Positions 36,963-46,928 of a stretch of DNA of 64,000 nucleotides are shown one piece after another. The notes beneath the pieces are model-generated. The model made no database searches. It was given only the letters and a program-made list of their open reading frames with translations, and was not told the origin of the DNA. Where the stretch lies: NCBI GenBank assembly GCA_021821305.1, contig JAKACP010000001.1, positions 641,526 to 705,525 of the forward strand. The letters are read 5' to 3'. Position 1 is the first letter of the stretch. Every line of letters begins with the position of its first letter. The stretch comes from a bacterium (GTDB taxonomy: Bacteria; Patescibacteriota; Minisyncoccia; Moranbacterales; UBA1568). Both the position numbers and the translations under genes were made by a program.

Positions 36963-37388
36963 CTAGCCCTCCACCTTTATCCCCATCGAGCGAGCAGTGC
37001 CGGCGACGATCTTGGCTCCCGCCTCGATGTCGTTGGCGTTGAGATCCTCGAGCTTCTGCTCGGCGATCTTGCGCACCTGCTCCATGGTGACTTTCCCGAC
37101 CTTGTCCTTGAGCGGGTTCGCGGCGCCCTTGGCCACACCGGCCGCCTTCTTGAGGAGTTCCGCCGCCGGAGGGGTCTTGAGCACGAACGTGAACGTCCGG
37201 TCCTCGTAGACGGTGATTTCCGCCGGGATGACGTCGCCCATGTGATCCTTGGTCGCCTCGTTGAACTGCTGGCAGAATCCCTGGATATTGAGACCGTGCT
37301 GGCCGAGAGCGGGACCGACCGGCGGGGCCGGATTGGCCTTGCCGCCGACGATCTGCAGCTTGATGATTGCCTTGATTGCTTTTGCCAT
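36963..37388 (-). CDS. rplK: 50S ribosomal protein L11
   Basis: [43 protein letters not shown]; ATG at 37388. Confidence 0.9.
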   Translation of the reverse strand: MAKAIKAIIKLQIVGGKANPAPPVGPALGQHGLNIQGFCQQFNEATKDHMGDVIPAEITVYEDRTFTFVLKTPPAAELLKKAAGVAKGAANPLKDKVGKVTMEQVRKIAEQKLEDLNANDIEAGAKIVAGTARSMGIKVEG

Positions 37389-37430
37389 AATCTTGATTTG
37401 CAATAATTTATCCGTCCGACGGAAGTCCGA

Positions 37431-37976
37431 TTACATTTTTCGTACCTGGAGAAAATCCAGCTCTACCGGCGTTTCGCGTCCGAAGAGGGATACGAGCACC
37501 TTGAGCTTGCCTTTCTCCTCGTCCACTTCCTCCACTTTCCCGTCGAAGTTCTTGAACGGTCCGTCGATGACCTGTACCGCTTCGCCCACCTTCACGTCCA
37601 CCTTGTATTTCGGTTCGGCGACGCCCATGCGCTTCTTGAGCCCCTCGATCTCCTTGGGGTCGACCGGAGTCGGCGTCGTGCCGAGACCGATGAAGCCGGT
37701 CACGTTCGGCGTATTGCGGACGACGTACCACGAGGCGTCGGTGACGATCATGTCGACGAGGACGTAGCCCGGATAGATGCGCTCCTCGACGACGACGCGC
37801 TTGCCGGCCTTGATCTTGATCTTCTTCTCCTTGGGAACGAGCACGTCGAAGATATAGTCCTGCATGTCCATCGACTCGATGCGCTGCTTGAGATTGCGGG
37901 ACACGTTGTCCTCGTATCCGGAGTACGTGTGGAGCACGTACCAGGCGCGTCCGTGATGCTGTGTCTGCTTCGCCAT
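37431..37976 (-). CDS. nusG: transcription termination/antitermination factor NusG
   Basis: [17 protein letters not shown] domain; C-terminal KOW ([45 protein letters not shown]). Confidence 0.9.
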   Translation of the reverse strand: MAKQTQHHGRAWYVLHTYSGYEDNVSRNLKQRIESMDMQDYIFDVLVPKEKKIKIKAGKRVVVEERIYPGYVLVDMIVTDASWYVVRNTPNVTGFIGLGTTPTPVDPKEIEGLKKRMGVAEPKYKVDVKVGEAVQVIDGPFKNFDGKVEEVDEEKGKLKVLVSLFGRETPVELDFLQVRKM

Positions 37977-38007
37977 AAGAAAAAAGGTGATGGTTGAGAA
38001 CCGGTTA

Positions 38008-38193
38008 TTATCGGAAAAGGAATCGTTCCGCGAGCAGGCTGAACACGTAGTCGAGACTTCCGAGAAATACCGCGGTCGCGGCCGAAATCCCGAGAACGAT
38101 CATCGTGTTCCGGAGCATCTGCTCCCTCGTCGGCCAGCTCACTTTCATGAGTTCGGCCTTCGCCTCCTTCAAAAACTGGATCGCTTGGTTCAT
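38008..38193 (-). CDS. secE: preprotein translocase subunit SecE
   Basis: 61 aa; [42 protein letters not shown]; immediately upstream of nusG. Confidence 0.8.
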   Translation of the reverse strand: MNQAIQFLKEAKAELMKVSWPTREQMLRNTMIVLGISAATAVFLGSLDYVFSLLAERFLFR

Positions 38194-38316
38194 ATTCCGC
38201 CCTTTTAAAAAAAGCCTTTCAGGGGCTTTTCAGATAGAGAATACCAGAAGTGGCCCGGGCTGTCAATCGCCGTGCGACCGGAGCGGGAATGGTGGCACGC
38301 GCCCGGCCGATACCGT

Positions 38317-38844
38317 TCAGAAGAGCTCCAATTCGTCGAAAAAACTCTTGTATCCGGCCAAAATGGAATCGGCTTCCTCGCGGGAAAGCGCGAAACTCGG
38401 GTCCCGGATGATGCGGTTGCGTATGTCATGCCCCGCGCGCAGCCGCTCGAGGGAGACGATCTGCCCCGGCCGCACCGCCTCGAGCCGCTCTTTCATGTTC
38501 GATCCGTCGTATCCGATACCGCCGAGCATCTCCTCGGCGATGACATCGGCCTCGAGTACGGCCACCTTGTATTGGGACGGGTTGCCGGTCTCGATACGGG
38601 CCATGACGGCATCCCAGCGTTTCGCGAATTTCGATGGCGTGATCATGGGGCGCCTGCTCCCGTAAATCGTCTTCTTGAGGTCCGACGGGATATCGCGGAG
38701 AAACAAGAGCAGGATGACATCGGCCAGGACGACCAGCGCGTACACGCCGAGAAAGACGGTGATCATGCCGAACAGCGCGGATGATCGCACCGATTCCCAG
38801 AGAGCCCCGATTATGACGATGAGAGAAGAGATGTCCCCTTGCAC
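38317..38844 (-). CDS. hypothetical membrane protein (about 175 aa)
   Basis: Two N-terminal TM helices and a soluble C-terminal domain. Start uncertain: GTG at 38844 or internal ATG at 38766. Confidence 0.4.
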   Translation of the reverse strand: MQGDISSLIVIIGALWESVRSSALFGMITVFLGVYALVVLADVILLLFLRDIPSDLKKTIYGSRRPMITPSKFAKRWDAVMARIETGNPSQYKVAVLEADVIAEEMLGGIGYDGSNMKERLEAVRPGQIVSLERLRAGHDIRNRIIRDPSFALSREEADSILAGYKSFFDELELF

Positions 38845-38890
38845 ACGGATTGTCGGTTACTGTTTCCCCGGATCGGAATCAAGAGACTGT

Positions 38891-39328
38891 TTAAAAGAGA
38901 TTTTCCTGCGCGACCTTCCCCATCGCCCGATCCATGGCCTCGTTGGCACACGCGTCGGCCACCGTATTCTTCTCGCGGCGCACGTGCACGAACCGGACTT
39001 CGGCGAAATCGAGCATCAGGTTCCAGACTTCCAGAAAGAGCGGCTGGAGCTTGGCATTCTCGATCTTGTACTCATGGTTGAGCTGTTTGCAGGCGAGCTC
39101 CGAATCCATCCGACACTCCACGGACGAGCGCTTCGCCCGATCCTTGCCGACAAGCGCCTTGATCTTTTTCAGGCCGAACACGATCGCGGCGTATTCCGCC
39201 TCGTTGTTCGTCCGTATGCCGAGCGGTTCACCGTATCGCTTCCCGAGCGTCTCGATATAGACGCCGAGAGCTGACGGCCCCGGATTCCCGCGCGATCCGC
39301 CGTCGCTGTACATCACTATCTGTTCCAT
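38891..39328 (-). CDS. rnhA: ribonuclease HI
   Basis: MYSDGGSRGNPGPSALGV...TNNEAEYAAIVFGL...VRREKNTVADACANEAMD carries the D-E-D-D catalytic motifs. ATG at 39328. Confidence 0.85.
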   Translation of the reverse strand: MEQIVMYSDGGSRGNPGPSALGVYIETLGKRYGEPLGIRTNNEAEYAAIVFGLKKIKALVGKDRAKRSSVECRMDSELACKQLNHEYKIENAKLQPLFLEVWNLMLDFAEVRFVHVRREKNTVADACANEAMDRAMGKVAQENLF

Positions 39329-39396
39329 GACCCGCAGTATACCCCTTTTCTCACTTTTTTTCAAAAAAAATCACCTGGAAATGATTCGCGGGTGAT

Positions 39397-39642
39397 TCAA
39401 GGCGGGAGTGTTATTTCCATTCCCAGGGAGCAACACAAATCCAAAGAACAGTGTGACAATTCGATGATCCGACGGGTCTCGAGCGTCTTGATATCGACGA
39501 TGGCTATCCGGACACCTTCCTTCCATACGGCCAGCACCTTTCCGATATGCCAGAGATACTCCGGCGGGTAAAGACTACCGATCACATGAGGCACCCGGAC
39601 CAGGACGGCTCTGCCTCTCTTCAAACCCGAAAAACGATGCAT
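39397..39642 (-). CDS. hypothetical small protein (81 aa) with consensus promoter and SD
   Basis: ATG 39642 preceded by SD aaggag (7-nt spacer) and a perfect TTGACA-17-TATAAT promoter; no family. Confidence 0.45.
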   Translation of the reverse strand: MHRFSGLKRGRAVLVRVPHVIGSLYPPEYLWHIGKVLAVWKEGVRIAIVDIKTLETRRIIELSHCSLDLCCSLGMEITLPP

Positions 39643-39675
39643 GTCCGACTCCTTTCCGACTTCAACTACTTTATT

Positions 39676-39704
39676 ATTATACTATAAAAATGAAAATATG
39701 TCAA
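39676..39704 (-). promoter_or_regulatory. perfect consensus sigma70 promoter (TTGACA-17-TATAAT) driving the 81-aa ORF and rnhA
   Basis: Minus-strand read: ggtatTGACAtattttcatttttatagTATAATaataaag...ggaaaggagtcggacATG. Confidence 0.55.
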
Positions 39705-39727
39705 TACCACAAAACTCCGGTTAGACG

Positions 39728-41443
39728 CTACTCGCTTTTCCGGATATCGATGAGCTTCAATTGCAGACTGACATTCCCGTTCCACTCGTTCTCATCGACT
39801 TGGAAGAGCACGTCTATCGCTTCTCCTTTTCCGAGATCCGGTATAGTCCCGGCCAGGGAGAATCCTATCGCGTCGAAGGATTTGCCGGCGGGCGCGGTGA
39901 GAAGGAACTTCAGATGCTTGCCGTCGGATCCGACCGGCCGTATCTCGGTCACGATCATACGCTCCATGAAAAAGACCGGCTCCGGGTTCCCCTCGCCGAA
40001 CGGAGCGAGCTTCCGTATGCCGCGCGCGAGATCGAGCGAGAGTTCCGTGGCGGAGACGCGCATGTCGGCGACGAGCTCGGGCTCGATGTCGGTCCCGACG
40101 AGCCGTTCCGCGACGATCGCTTCCAGACGGCGTTCGAGTTCCGGGAGGTGCTCGTTCCGGACCGTCAACCCGGCGGCCTGCGCATGTCCGCCGTATCGCT
40201 CGAGGAGGTCGGCGCACTGTTCGATGGCCTCGATGATGTTGACCTCGGGTATGCTCCGGAGCGACCCGCGGCTCTCGCGTTCGCCCTTGGTGAGCACGAT
40301 GACCGGCTTACGGAACTCGTTGGCGATACGGCCGGCCACGAGGCCGATGACCCCGAAGTGGAACCGCTCGTCGGCGGCGAACACGAGCTTCCTCTCTCCC
40401 GACCCGGCCGCGACCTCGCGTACCAGATTCGAGATCTCCTCGCTCACCTTCCGCCGGTCGGTATTGTGCGACTCAAGGGTGAGCGCGAGTTCCCGGGCCC
40501 GTTCGGCGTCGCTCTCGACGAGCAGATCATGCGCGATACGCGCGTGCGCCATGCGGCTCGCCGCGTTGATGCGCGGCGCGATATGGAAGGCGATGTCTCG
40601 CGCGACCGGCGTCTTCCCCTCCCGGATCGGCACCCGGCCGAGCGCGAACATTTCCTGGAAACCCACCCGCCGCGTCTTCGAGAGGACGACCAGCCCATAG
40701 GACACGATGACACGGTTCTCCCCCACGAGCGGCATGACGTCGGCCACGGTCCCGACGGCGGCCACGTCGAGCAGCCACTTGAGCTGACTCTTCTCCTCGG
40801 GGAAAAACGTCCCGTATATCGCCTGGAGAACCTTGAACGTCGTCCCCGCGCCGCAGAGCTCGCGGAACGGATACGCCTCCCCGGGCAGTTTCGGATTGAT
40901 GATGGCCGCCGCGTCCGGCAAGACCTCCGGCACGTGGTGGTGATCGATGACGATGACATCGATCCCCCGCTCCTTCGCGAGCGTTATCTCGGCGTGGTTC
41001 ATCATGCCGCAGTCGACGGTGAAGATGAGCGTCGCGCCCTCACTCTCGAAAAAATCCACCGCCTTGGCGCTCAGGCCGTGCCCTTCGGAATGCTTGTCGG
41101 GGATATAGACGGATACCGGAATACCGAGTTTCGAGAGTCCCTCGCGCATGAGGACCGACGAGGTGATCCCGTCGGCGTCGAAGTCGCCGAACACGCCCAC
41201 CGTCGCTCCGGAGACACGCGCCGTGCGCAGGCGCTCCATGACGTACGGCATGGCGGAAAATAAGAACGGGTCATGGAGATCCCGGTCGTAATCGGGAGCG
41301 AGAAACCGGTCCCGTTCCTCTTGTGTCACGATACCGCGGAGGGCGAGCAGACGGTCGAGAATGGGGGACAGTGTCGCCGCATCTCCCGAGGCGCCCTCGG
41401 ATCCGGAGGTATCGGATGATCGTATGTTCCAGCGGCGCATCAT
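39728..41443 (-). CDS. recJ: single-stranded-DNA-specific exonuclease RecJ
   Basis: DHH motifs (VGVFGDFDADGITS, VIDHHHVP) plus DHHA1 and OB domains. Confidence 0.9.
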   Translation of the reverse strand: MMRRWNIRSSDTSGSEGASGDAATLSPILDRLLALRGIVTQEERDRFLAPDYDRDLHDPFLFSAMPYVMERLRTARVSGATVGVFGDFDADGITSSVLMREGLSKLGIPVSVYIPDKHSEGHGLSAKAVDFFESEGATLIFTVDCGMMNHAEITLAKERGIDVIVIDHHHVPEVLPDAAAIINPKLPGEAYPFRELCGAGTTFKVLQAIYGTFFPEEKSQLKWLLDVAAVGTVADVMPLVGENRVIVSYGLVVLSKTRRVGFQEMFALGRVPIREGKTPVARDIAFHIAPRINAASRMAHARIAHDLLVESDAERARELALTLESHNTDRRKVSEEISNLVREVAAGSGERKLVFAADERFHFGVIGLVAGRIANEFRKPVIVLTKGERESRGSLRSIPEVNIIEAIEQCADLLERYGGHAQAAGLTVRNEHLPELERRLEAIVAERLVGTDIEPELVADMRVSATELSLDLARGIRKLAPFGEGNPEPVFFMERMIVTEIRPVGSDGKHLKFLLTAPAGKSFDAIGFSLAGTIPDLGKGEAIDVLFQVDENEWNGNVSLQLKLIDIRKSE

Positions 41444-41475
41444 ACTGTTCCGAATCGATATCGGTTTTTAAGAGT

Positions 41476-41520
41476 CTGTTCAATATTTCCCCTTATGTAT
41501 GCGGTGAGATATTGAACAGG
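41476..41520. repeat. inverted repeat/hairpin related to the MITE terminal repeats (ctgttcaatatttcccc ... ggtgagatattgaacag)
   Basis: Arms 41476-41492 and 41503-41520 with a 10-nt loop. The right arm gcggtgagatattgaacag is close to MITE right TIR gcggtgagaatttgaacag. Confidence 0.45.
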
Positions 41521-41579
41521 TTTTCTAAGCGTTTGAAAACGAGGTGCGGGCGCGCCGGGAGAGGGAGTCATTCGGAGCG

Positions 41580-42131
41580 TCAGATACAGACGATCTCGGC
41601 GTCGAACCGCCGGTTACGGGCGTCCTTTATCGTGAGTTTGATCGCGAGCTTCTCCCCGCCTTCCGAACAGAGGAAGTCACGGTTGAGACCGAGGTCGCTC
41701 GCGAGCTTCTGCGCGTCGAGTTCGACGGGGTTGGGGATGATGAGGTAGTCGGAGCTCGCCAGAAGCCCCCTGATGCGTCCGATGATGTCGTGCGGAGGGG
41801 TCATGGTCGTGACGAAGAAGTCCTTGACGCCCATCGCCCGCGCGCGTGTCTCATCCTCCTGCCGCCCGAGATGGGACAGGAACATGACGGGAACGCTCAT
41901 GGTATTGATATTCTTCTGCAGCGCTTCGGCGAGCATGAACCCGTCCATGCGGGGCATGATGATACCCGAAACGACGAGGTCCGGAACCGTCTGATTCACC
42001 TTTTCGAGCCCCTCGAGCCCATCACCCGCCTCGCGCACATCGAAACCGGCGGTACGGAGCAGATCGGCATAGAGAGTCCGTGTGTCCTCGTCGTCGTCGA
42101 CGAGCACGATGCTATACTGTGTTTTTTCCAT
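41580..42131 (-). CDS. atypical response-regulator receiver (REC) protein lacking the phospho-acceptor Asp, with a short C-terminal domain
   Basis: IVLVDDDEDTR acidic pocket, conserved S/T (FLSHLG) and K (MGVKDFF). Acceptor position reads PDLVVSGIIMP, G instead of D. ATG at 42131. Confidence 0.7.
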   Translation of the reverse strand: MEKTQYSIVLVDDDEDTRTLYADLLRTAGFDVREAGDGLEGLEKVNQTVPDLVVSGIIMPRMDGFMLAEALQKNINTMSVPVMFLSHLGRQEDETRARAMGVKDFFVTTMTPPHDIIGRIRGLLASSDYLIIPNPVELDAQKLASDLGLNRDFLCSEGGEKLAIKLTIKDARNRRFDAEIVCI

Positions 42132-42197
42132 AAGAAACGTTAGATTCGCCTTCCTCCGGATTATACGACAAATCGGCCCGTCCGCCAAACCGGACGG

Positions 42198-43271
42198 CTA
42201 TCGCTTTCCCGCCTTTCCGAGACGCTCGATGAGGCTCCGTTCCTCGGAGGAAAGCTTCTTCGGGACCGCCACCTTGACCGTGACCAGGTGGTCCCCGCTC
42301 CCCCAGCCGCGGAAATTCCTGAGTCCCTTACCCTTGATTCGGAACACTTCGCCCGGCTGGGTTCCGGCCGGGATCTTCATGCGGACCGGGCCATGCACCG
42401 TCTCGACGGAGATCGTGTCGCCGAGGGCCGCCTGCGCGAAACTGATGTCGACCGAGGAGAATATGTTGTCGCCGCGCCGCTCGAACGACTTGTGCGGCTT
42501 CACGTGCACCGTGACGAAGAGGTCTCCCGAAGGCATGCCGTGCCCGCCCGCCGCGCCCTTACCGGCAAGCGAGATGGTCTGGCCGTTCTCGATACCCTGC
42601 GGAATGTCGAACGAGATCTCCTCCTCGCCGACGGTCTTTCCGGCCCCTTTGCAGGCGGTGCATTCCTTGGCGTACCACTTCCCTTTTCCGGAACACTTCG
42701 GACACACGGCGGTCTGGGAGAACGTACCGAGAAAGCTCCGGACCGTCTTGGTGACCCGTCCGGATCCGCCGCAGGTCGGACAGGTTTCCTCCTTGGAACC
42801 GGGCTCGCCGCCCGTCCCCTGACATGCGGCACAGGTGATCGGCTTGCGGATCCGTATCGTCTTGCGCACTCCCGATACCATCTCGTCGAAGGATATCTCG
42901 ATGTCGGTTTCGATATCCATTCCCGCTTTCGGTCCGCGCGCACCGGCGGAAAATCCGCCGCCACCTCCGAAAAGATCGGAGAAAATGTCCTCGAATCCGT
43001 TCCCGCCGAACTGAAAATCATTGAAATCGAAACCGCCGAAGCCCTGCGCTCCGCCGGCCCCGTTCGGACCGGTACCGAACTGGTCGTATCGCCGGCGCTT
43101 CTCCGGGTCGGACAGCGTGCCGTAGGCCTCGTTGATCTCCTTGAACTTCGCCTCATCCCCGTGTTTCTTGTCCGGGTGGTGCTGATGGGCGAGCTTGCGG
43201 AACGCCTTCTTGATATCGTCCTGCGAGGCGTCCTTCGCCACCCCGAGGATCTCGTAATAATCTTTCGCCAT
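42198..43271 (-). CDS. dnaJ: molecular chaperone DnaJ
   Basis: J domain with HPD (HQHHPDKK), G/F-rich linker, four CxxCxGxG zinc-finger repeats. Confidence 0.9.
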   Translation of the reverse strand: MAKDYYEILGVAKDASQDDIKKAFRKLAHQHHPDKKHGDEAKFKEINEAYGTLSDPEKRRRYDQFGTGPNGAGGAQGFGGFDFNDFQFGGNGFEDIFSDLFGGGGGFSAGARGPKAGMDIETDIEISFDEMVSGVRKTIRIRKPITCAACQGTGGEPGSKEETCPTCGGSGRVTKTVRSFLGTFSQTAVCPKCSGKGKWYAKECTACKGAGKTVGEEEISFDIPQGIENGQTISLAGKGAAGGHGMPSGDLFVTVHVKPHKSFERRGDNIFSSVDISFAQAALGDTISVETVHGPVRMKIPAGTQPGEVFRIKGKGLRNFRGWGSGDHLVTVKVAVPKKLSSEERSLIERLGKAGKR

Positions 43272-43376
43272 AGTATCGTTCCATTATGCGGTCGCTCATA
43301 CCACTCTACCCGAAAACAAAAAAGTTGGCAATCGTCTTGTATGAGTGCCAATCTGATCCGGCCCGAGCGACCACCC

Positions 43377-44369
43377 TTATCGGAGCGTTTCCTGCTCGAC
43401 CGCGATACGGTCCACCGTGATCGTACCGGAACGGATGAAGAGGCGTATCATCCCGGCCGCAGCGGCTATCCAGAACCACTGGAGAAGTGACGCGACGGAA
43501 AGCACCGTGACGAAGAGCAGCAGACTGAGCACGAACGGCAGTACGCTCGCCGGAAGGTTCTGTTCGGCCTTTTTTCCTGAGAGGAACGCTATCGTCTTGT
43601 GCCGGAGCGCTTCGGAGAGCACGTCGGACATCTTTTCGTCGCCGGAAACGCTCCGACCGACAAGCGCGCCGATCTCCGCCCGACCGGCCGCAAGCGACAG
43701 CGCCGCCTCGAAGGACTGCGGTTGATCGGCGGGAGCGGCATCGCCGGTCGGGATCACCGACTGCGGCTCGGAAGGGCTCTCCTGGTCACGGACGCCCGCG
43801 AGGAACGCGTCGACGGTCGTCCCCTCATCGCGGATTTTTCCGAGTTCGGGATACACCGTACCGGCGATACGGAGCACGACATCCCCTCCTCCTTCGCCGA
43901 GGGAAAATCTCGGGACCAGATCCTGCCACGCGGAGCCCCTGATATACCCGTAGTATTCGCTCGCGACAAGCAGCGAAACGGCGAGCGAGAACGAGAACAT
44001 ACCGACGCCCATGCTCTTGCGGAACGCGAACCGGAGCCGCAACGACATATCCTCCCGGATGCGGCGCATCCCCGCAAGGAAAAGCCACGCCGCAAAGGCG
44101 ATGAACACGGCATGGACTATGGACGGGGCGAACGGGAAACTCGACAGGAGAAATGCCGACGCGAAGGCGATCCGCGCCGCTTTCTCGCGATACAATACGG
44201 CCACGAGGAGAAAACAGAGCGCGGCAAGTGAGAACCAGAGCGCCGGAAATGTCCAATTCCCGCCCGACGTCCCGACGACCGAGGCGACCGAGGCCCATCC
44301 GACAAGCGCGGACAAGGCGCCGATGACGCCGACCACCGCCTCGATTATCCCGCGAGAAGAGACATGCAT
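43377..44369 (-). CDS. hypothetical polytopic membrane protein
   Basis: Multiple TM helices at both ends; no family assigned. Confidence 0.45.
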   Translation of the reverse strand: MHVSSRGIIEAVVGVIGALSALVGWASVASVVGTSGGNWTFPALWFSLAALCFLLVAVLYREKAARIAFASAFLLSSFPFAPSIVHAVFIAFAAWLFLAGMRRIREDMSLRLRFAFRKSMGVGMFSFSLAVSLLVASEYYGYIRGSAWQDLVPRFSLGEGGGDVVLRIAGTVYPELGKIRDEGTTVDAFLAGVRDQESPSEPQSVIPTGDAAPADQPQSFEAALSLAAGRAEIGALVGRSVSGDEKMSDVLSEALRHKTIAFLSGKKAEQNLPASVLPFVLSLLLFVTVLSVASLLQWFWIAAAAGMIRLFIRSGTITVDRIAVEQETLR

Positions 44370-44391
44370 GCCGTTTCGATATTCATATGCG

Positions 44392-45456
44392 TTACAATCC
44401 GTGCCTGGCCTTGTTCGCCACGTGCTCCTCGAACGTCACCGAAAACACCGTTTCACCGGTTTCCGGATTGCTGAGGAAGTACCAATACGGATTCGGCGTC
44501 GGATTCGTGACCGCCCGTATCGACACCGCTCCGGGGTTGCTCACCGGCCCCGGCGGCAGTCCCTTGTACTTGTAAGTGTTATACGGGGAATCGATCGCGA
44601 TGTCGTCGAGCGAATGCTGTATCTTGGTCACGCCGAGCGCATAGCGTACCGTGGCATCGCTCTGAAGCGGCATACCGGCTTCGAGCCGACGGAGGAACAG
44701 GTCCGCGATCATGCGGCGGTCTTCCTCCGATTTCACTTCCGCCTCGAGTATGCTCGAGAGCGTGAGCGCATCGAGCCACTGCGCGCCGGTTTTTTCGGCG
44801 AACGTTGGTATTTCCGCCGTCTGCACCTGGAAATTCTCCAGCATTTTCACGACGATAGCTTCGGCGCCGAAAATCGGACTGAAGAAATAGGTATCGGGAA
44901 ACAGGACGCCTTCGAGCGACGCTTCTTCCGGAAGGTTGGCAAGGAACGGAAACCGCGTCCGCCACTCGGGAAGAGGATCGTTCACGAGTTCCAGGAATTC
45001 CGATCCGGGAAGCCCCCGCTCGCTAAGCCGGGCCGCCATCTCGGCGGCCGTCCACCCCTCGGGAAACGTCACCTTGATGCCCTTCTGTATCGTCTCCCCC
45101 CTCGAGAGCTTGCCGATGATCTCGGGGATCGTCATCGTCCCGCTCAGGAGGTACTCCCCGGCCTGAAGGGTTTTCCAGGACTCCTCATCCCAGAGGCGAT
45201 AGAGGAAGGCGTATTCGGAACGGATGATGCCCGCGGCGCGCAGGTCGGATGCGAGCGTAAACGCGTCCGTGCCTTTTTCGAACATGAACCGCACCTCGCC
45301 TTGTTCCCTCCCGCCCGCCTGATACGATTCGGAACGGATGAAGAAAAACGCCGCAAGGAGGAGCACGGCGAATGCGGCGACGGCCGAAAACAGGATGCGA
45401 GCGAGCGATCCGCGGGGTCTTTTTCCGATCCGTTGCTCCGGTTCAGGCGTGTCCAT
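44392..45456 (-). CDS. mltG: endolytic murein transglycosylase MltG (YceG-like)
   Basis: N-terminal TM; YceG signature LPPGPVSNPG...NPYWYF. ATG at 45456 (MDTPEPEQ...); the track start at 45471 is a TTG. Confidence 0.8.
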   Translation of the reverse strand: MDTPEPEQRIGKRPRGSLARILFSAVAAFAVLLLAAFFFIRSESYQAGGREQGEVRFMFEKGTDAFTLASDLRAAGIIRSEYAFLYRLWDEESWKTLQAGEYLLSGTMTIPEIIGKLSRGETIQKGIKVTFPEGWTAAEMAARLSERGLPGSEFLELVNDPLPEWRTRFPFLANLPEEASLEGVLFPDTYFFSPIFGAEAIVVKMLENFQVQTAEIPTFAEKTGAQWLDALTLSSILEAEVKSEEDRRMIADLFLRRLEAGMPLQSDATVRYALGVTKIQHSLDDIAIDSPYNTYKYKGLPPGPVSNPGAVSIRAVTNPTPNPYWYFLSNPETGETVFSVTFEEHVANKARHGL

Positions 45457-45467
45457 ACGATAATCCG

Positions 45468-46097
45468 TCAAAATATGGGCGATTTCTCGATGAGCGGAAC
45501 GAACAGGAAGCCGGGGAAACGCTCGACATAGTAATCGTCCTCGCCGCGCCGCTCGATATAGGCGAGCGAGTTATATATCGGGATGACCATTTTTCCGCCG
45601 ATCTTGAGCTGCGCCTTGAGGGTCTTGGGCACCTCTTCGACCGATGCAGACACGAGGATGCGGTCGTACGGCGCGAGCTCCGCATAGCCCTCGGCTCCGT
45701 CGCCGAGCACGCACTTCACACGTCCCATACTCACGTAGCCGAACTTGTCGATGTTCTTCTTGCCGAAATCGTAGAGCTCCGGTATCCGCTCGATGGCGAC
45801 CACTTTTCCGCCCTCCCCCACGATGCTCGCGAGGAGCGCCGACGACCAGCCTGAGCCGCTCCCGACGTCAAGCACGACGGATCCCGGCTTCGGATCGAGC
45901 AGTTCGAGCATCACCGCGACCGTGAGCGGCTGCGATATCGTCTGCCCGTACCCGATGGGGAGCGGGATATTAGTTTCGGCTTCCCCCTCGAATTCCGGCG
46001 GGACGAATTCTTCCCGGCGAACATGGTTGAACGCCTCGATCACGGGATCGGACTTCAGGTACCCCTGGGTGATAAGCGTGCTCAAAAGACGGCTCAT
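45468..46097 (-). CDS. pcm: protein-L-isoaspartate O-methyltransferase
   Basis: GYGQTISQPLTVAVMLELL, VLDVGSGSGWSSALLA SAM-binding motif. Confidence 0.85.
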   Translation of the reverse strand: MSRLLSTLITQGYLKSDPVIEAFNHVRREEFVPPEFEGEAETNIPLPIGYGQTISQPLTVAVMLELLDPKPGSVVLDVGSGSGWSSALLASIVGEGGKVVAIERIPELYDFGKKNIDKFGYVSMGRVKCVLGDGAEGYAELAPYDRILVSASVEEVPKTLKAQLKIGGKMVIPIYNSLAYIERRGEDDYYVERFPGFLFVPLIEKSPIF

Positions 46098-46125
46098 GGC
46101 AGGCAGCTGATAAGTGTATCGTTCA

Positions 46126-46566
46126 TTACTCCCCCATCACCTGGACGACGACATCGCGTTTGCGGGCGCCGTCGAACTCCACCACGAAGACGCTCTGCAG
46201 GTCGCTCAGGATGATCTTGCCGCGCTCGATGAGCAACGTCTCTCCGGCGCCGAGCAACAGCTGTTTGCAGTGCGAGTGACCGTTCGAGCGTCCGTCCGAC
46301 TTCGCTCCGCGCCGGAGTTCGAACAGATCGTGCGAATACTGGTCATCGACCGGGACGACCCGATAGAGGATGCGCATGAAATCCTGCAGTAGCAGGGGCT
46401 CGTTGTGGTTGATCGCGATGCCCATGGTCGTATGTGGCACGAAGACGGTCACCTGGCCCTCTCGCACCCCCGATCGCTCGACGATTTCCCCGACCCGGTC
46501 GGTGATGTCGACGAATTCGATCTGTGTCGTGGTTTCGAACTCGATCCGCTCGCGATGTATTTTCAT
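46126..46566 (-). CDS. YjbQ/UPF0047 family (secondary thiamine-phosphate synthase-like) protein
   Basis: TTMGIAINHNE...GHSHCKQLLLGAGETLLIE matches the UPF0047 pattern. Confidence 0.7.
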   Translation of the reverse strand: MKIHRERIEFETTTQIEFVDITDRVGEIVERSGVREGQVTVFVPHTTMGIAINHNEPLLLQDFMRILYRVVPVDDQYSHDLFELRRGAKSDGRSNGHSHCKQLLLGAGETLLIERGKIILSDLQSVFVVEFDGARKRDVVVQVMGE

Positions 46567-46590
46567 ATGTATGGTTCCCTCCCGGGAAGT

Positions 46591-46902
46591 TTAGAGGCCC
46601 GAGAGCTCTTCCTTGAGCTTGTCCTTCGACTGCACCCCCATCCATTCCTTCACGACCTTGCCTCCTTTGAAGACCTTGATCGTGGGAATCGACATGATTC
46701 CGTAGGCACTCGCCTTCTCCGGATTCTCGTCGACATTGAGCTTGCCGATCTTCACGGCCGGCATCTCCTCGGCGAGCGCGTCGATGACGGGACCCATCAT
46801 CTGACACGGCCCGCACCACGGGGCCCAGAAGTCCACGAGCACCGGTCTGTCGCCGGCAAGTACTTCGGCATCGAAATTGGCATCGGTGAATTGCATCGCC
46901 AT
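46591..46902 (-). CDS. trxA: thioredoxin
   Basis: [23 protein letters not shown] active site. ATG at 46902 (MAMQFTD...). Confidence 0.9.
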   Translation of the reverse strand: MAMQFTDANFDAEVLAGDRPVLVDFWAPWCGPCQMMGPVIDALAEEMPAVKIGKLNVDENPEKASAYGIMSIPTIKVFKGGKVVKEWMGVQSKDKLKEELSGL

Positions 46903-46928
46903 AGTATCTTTCGGCTCCGAAGTTCCAC

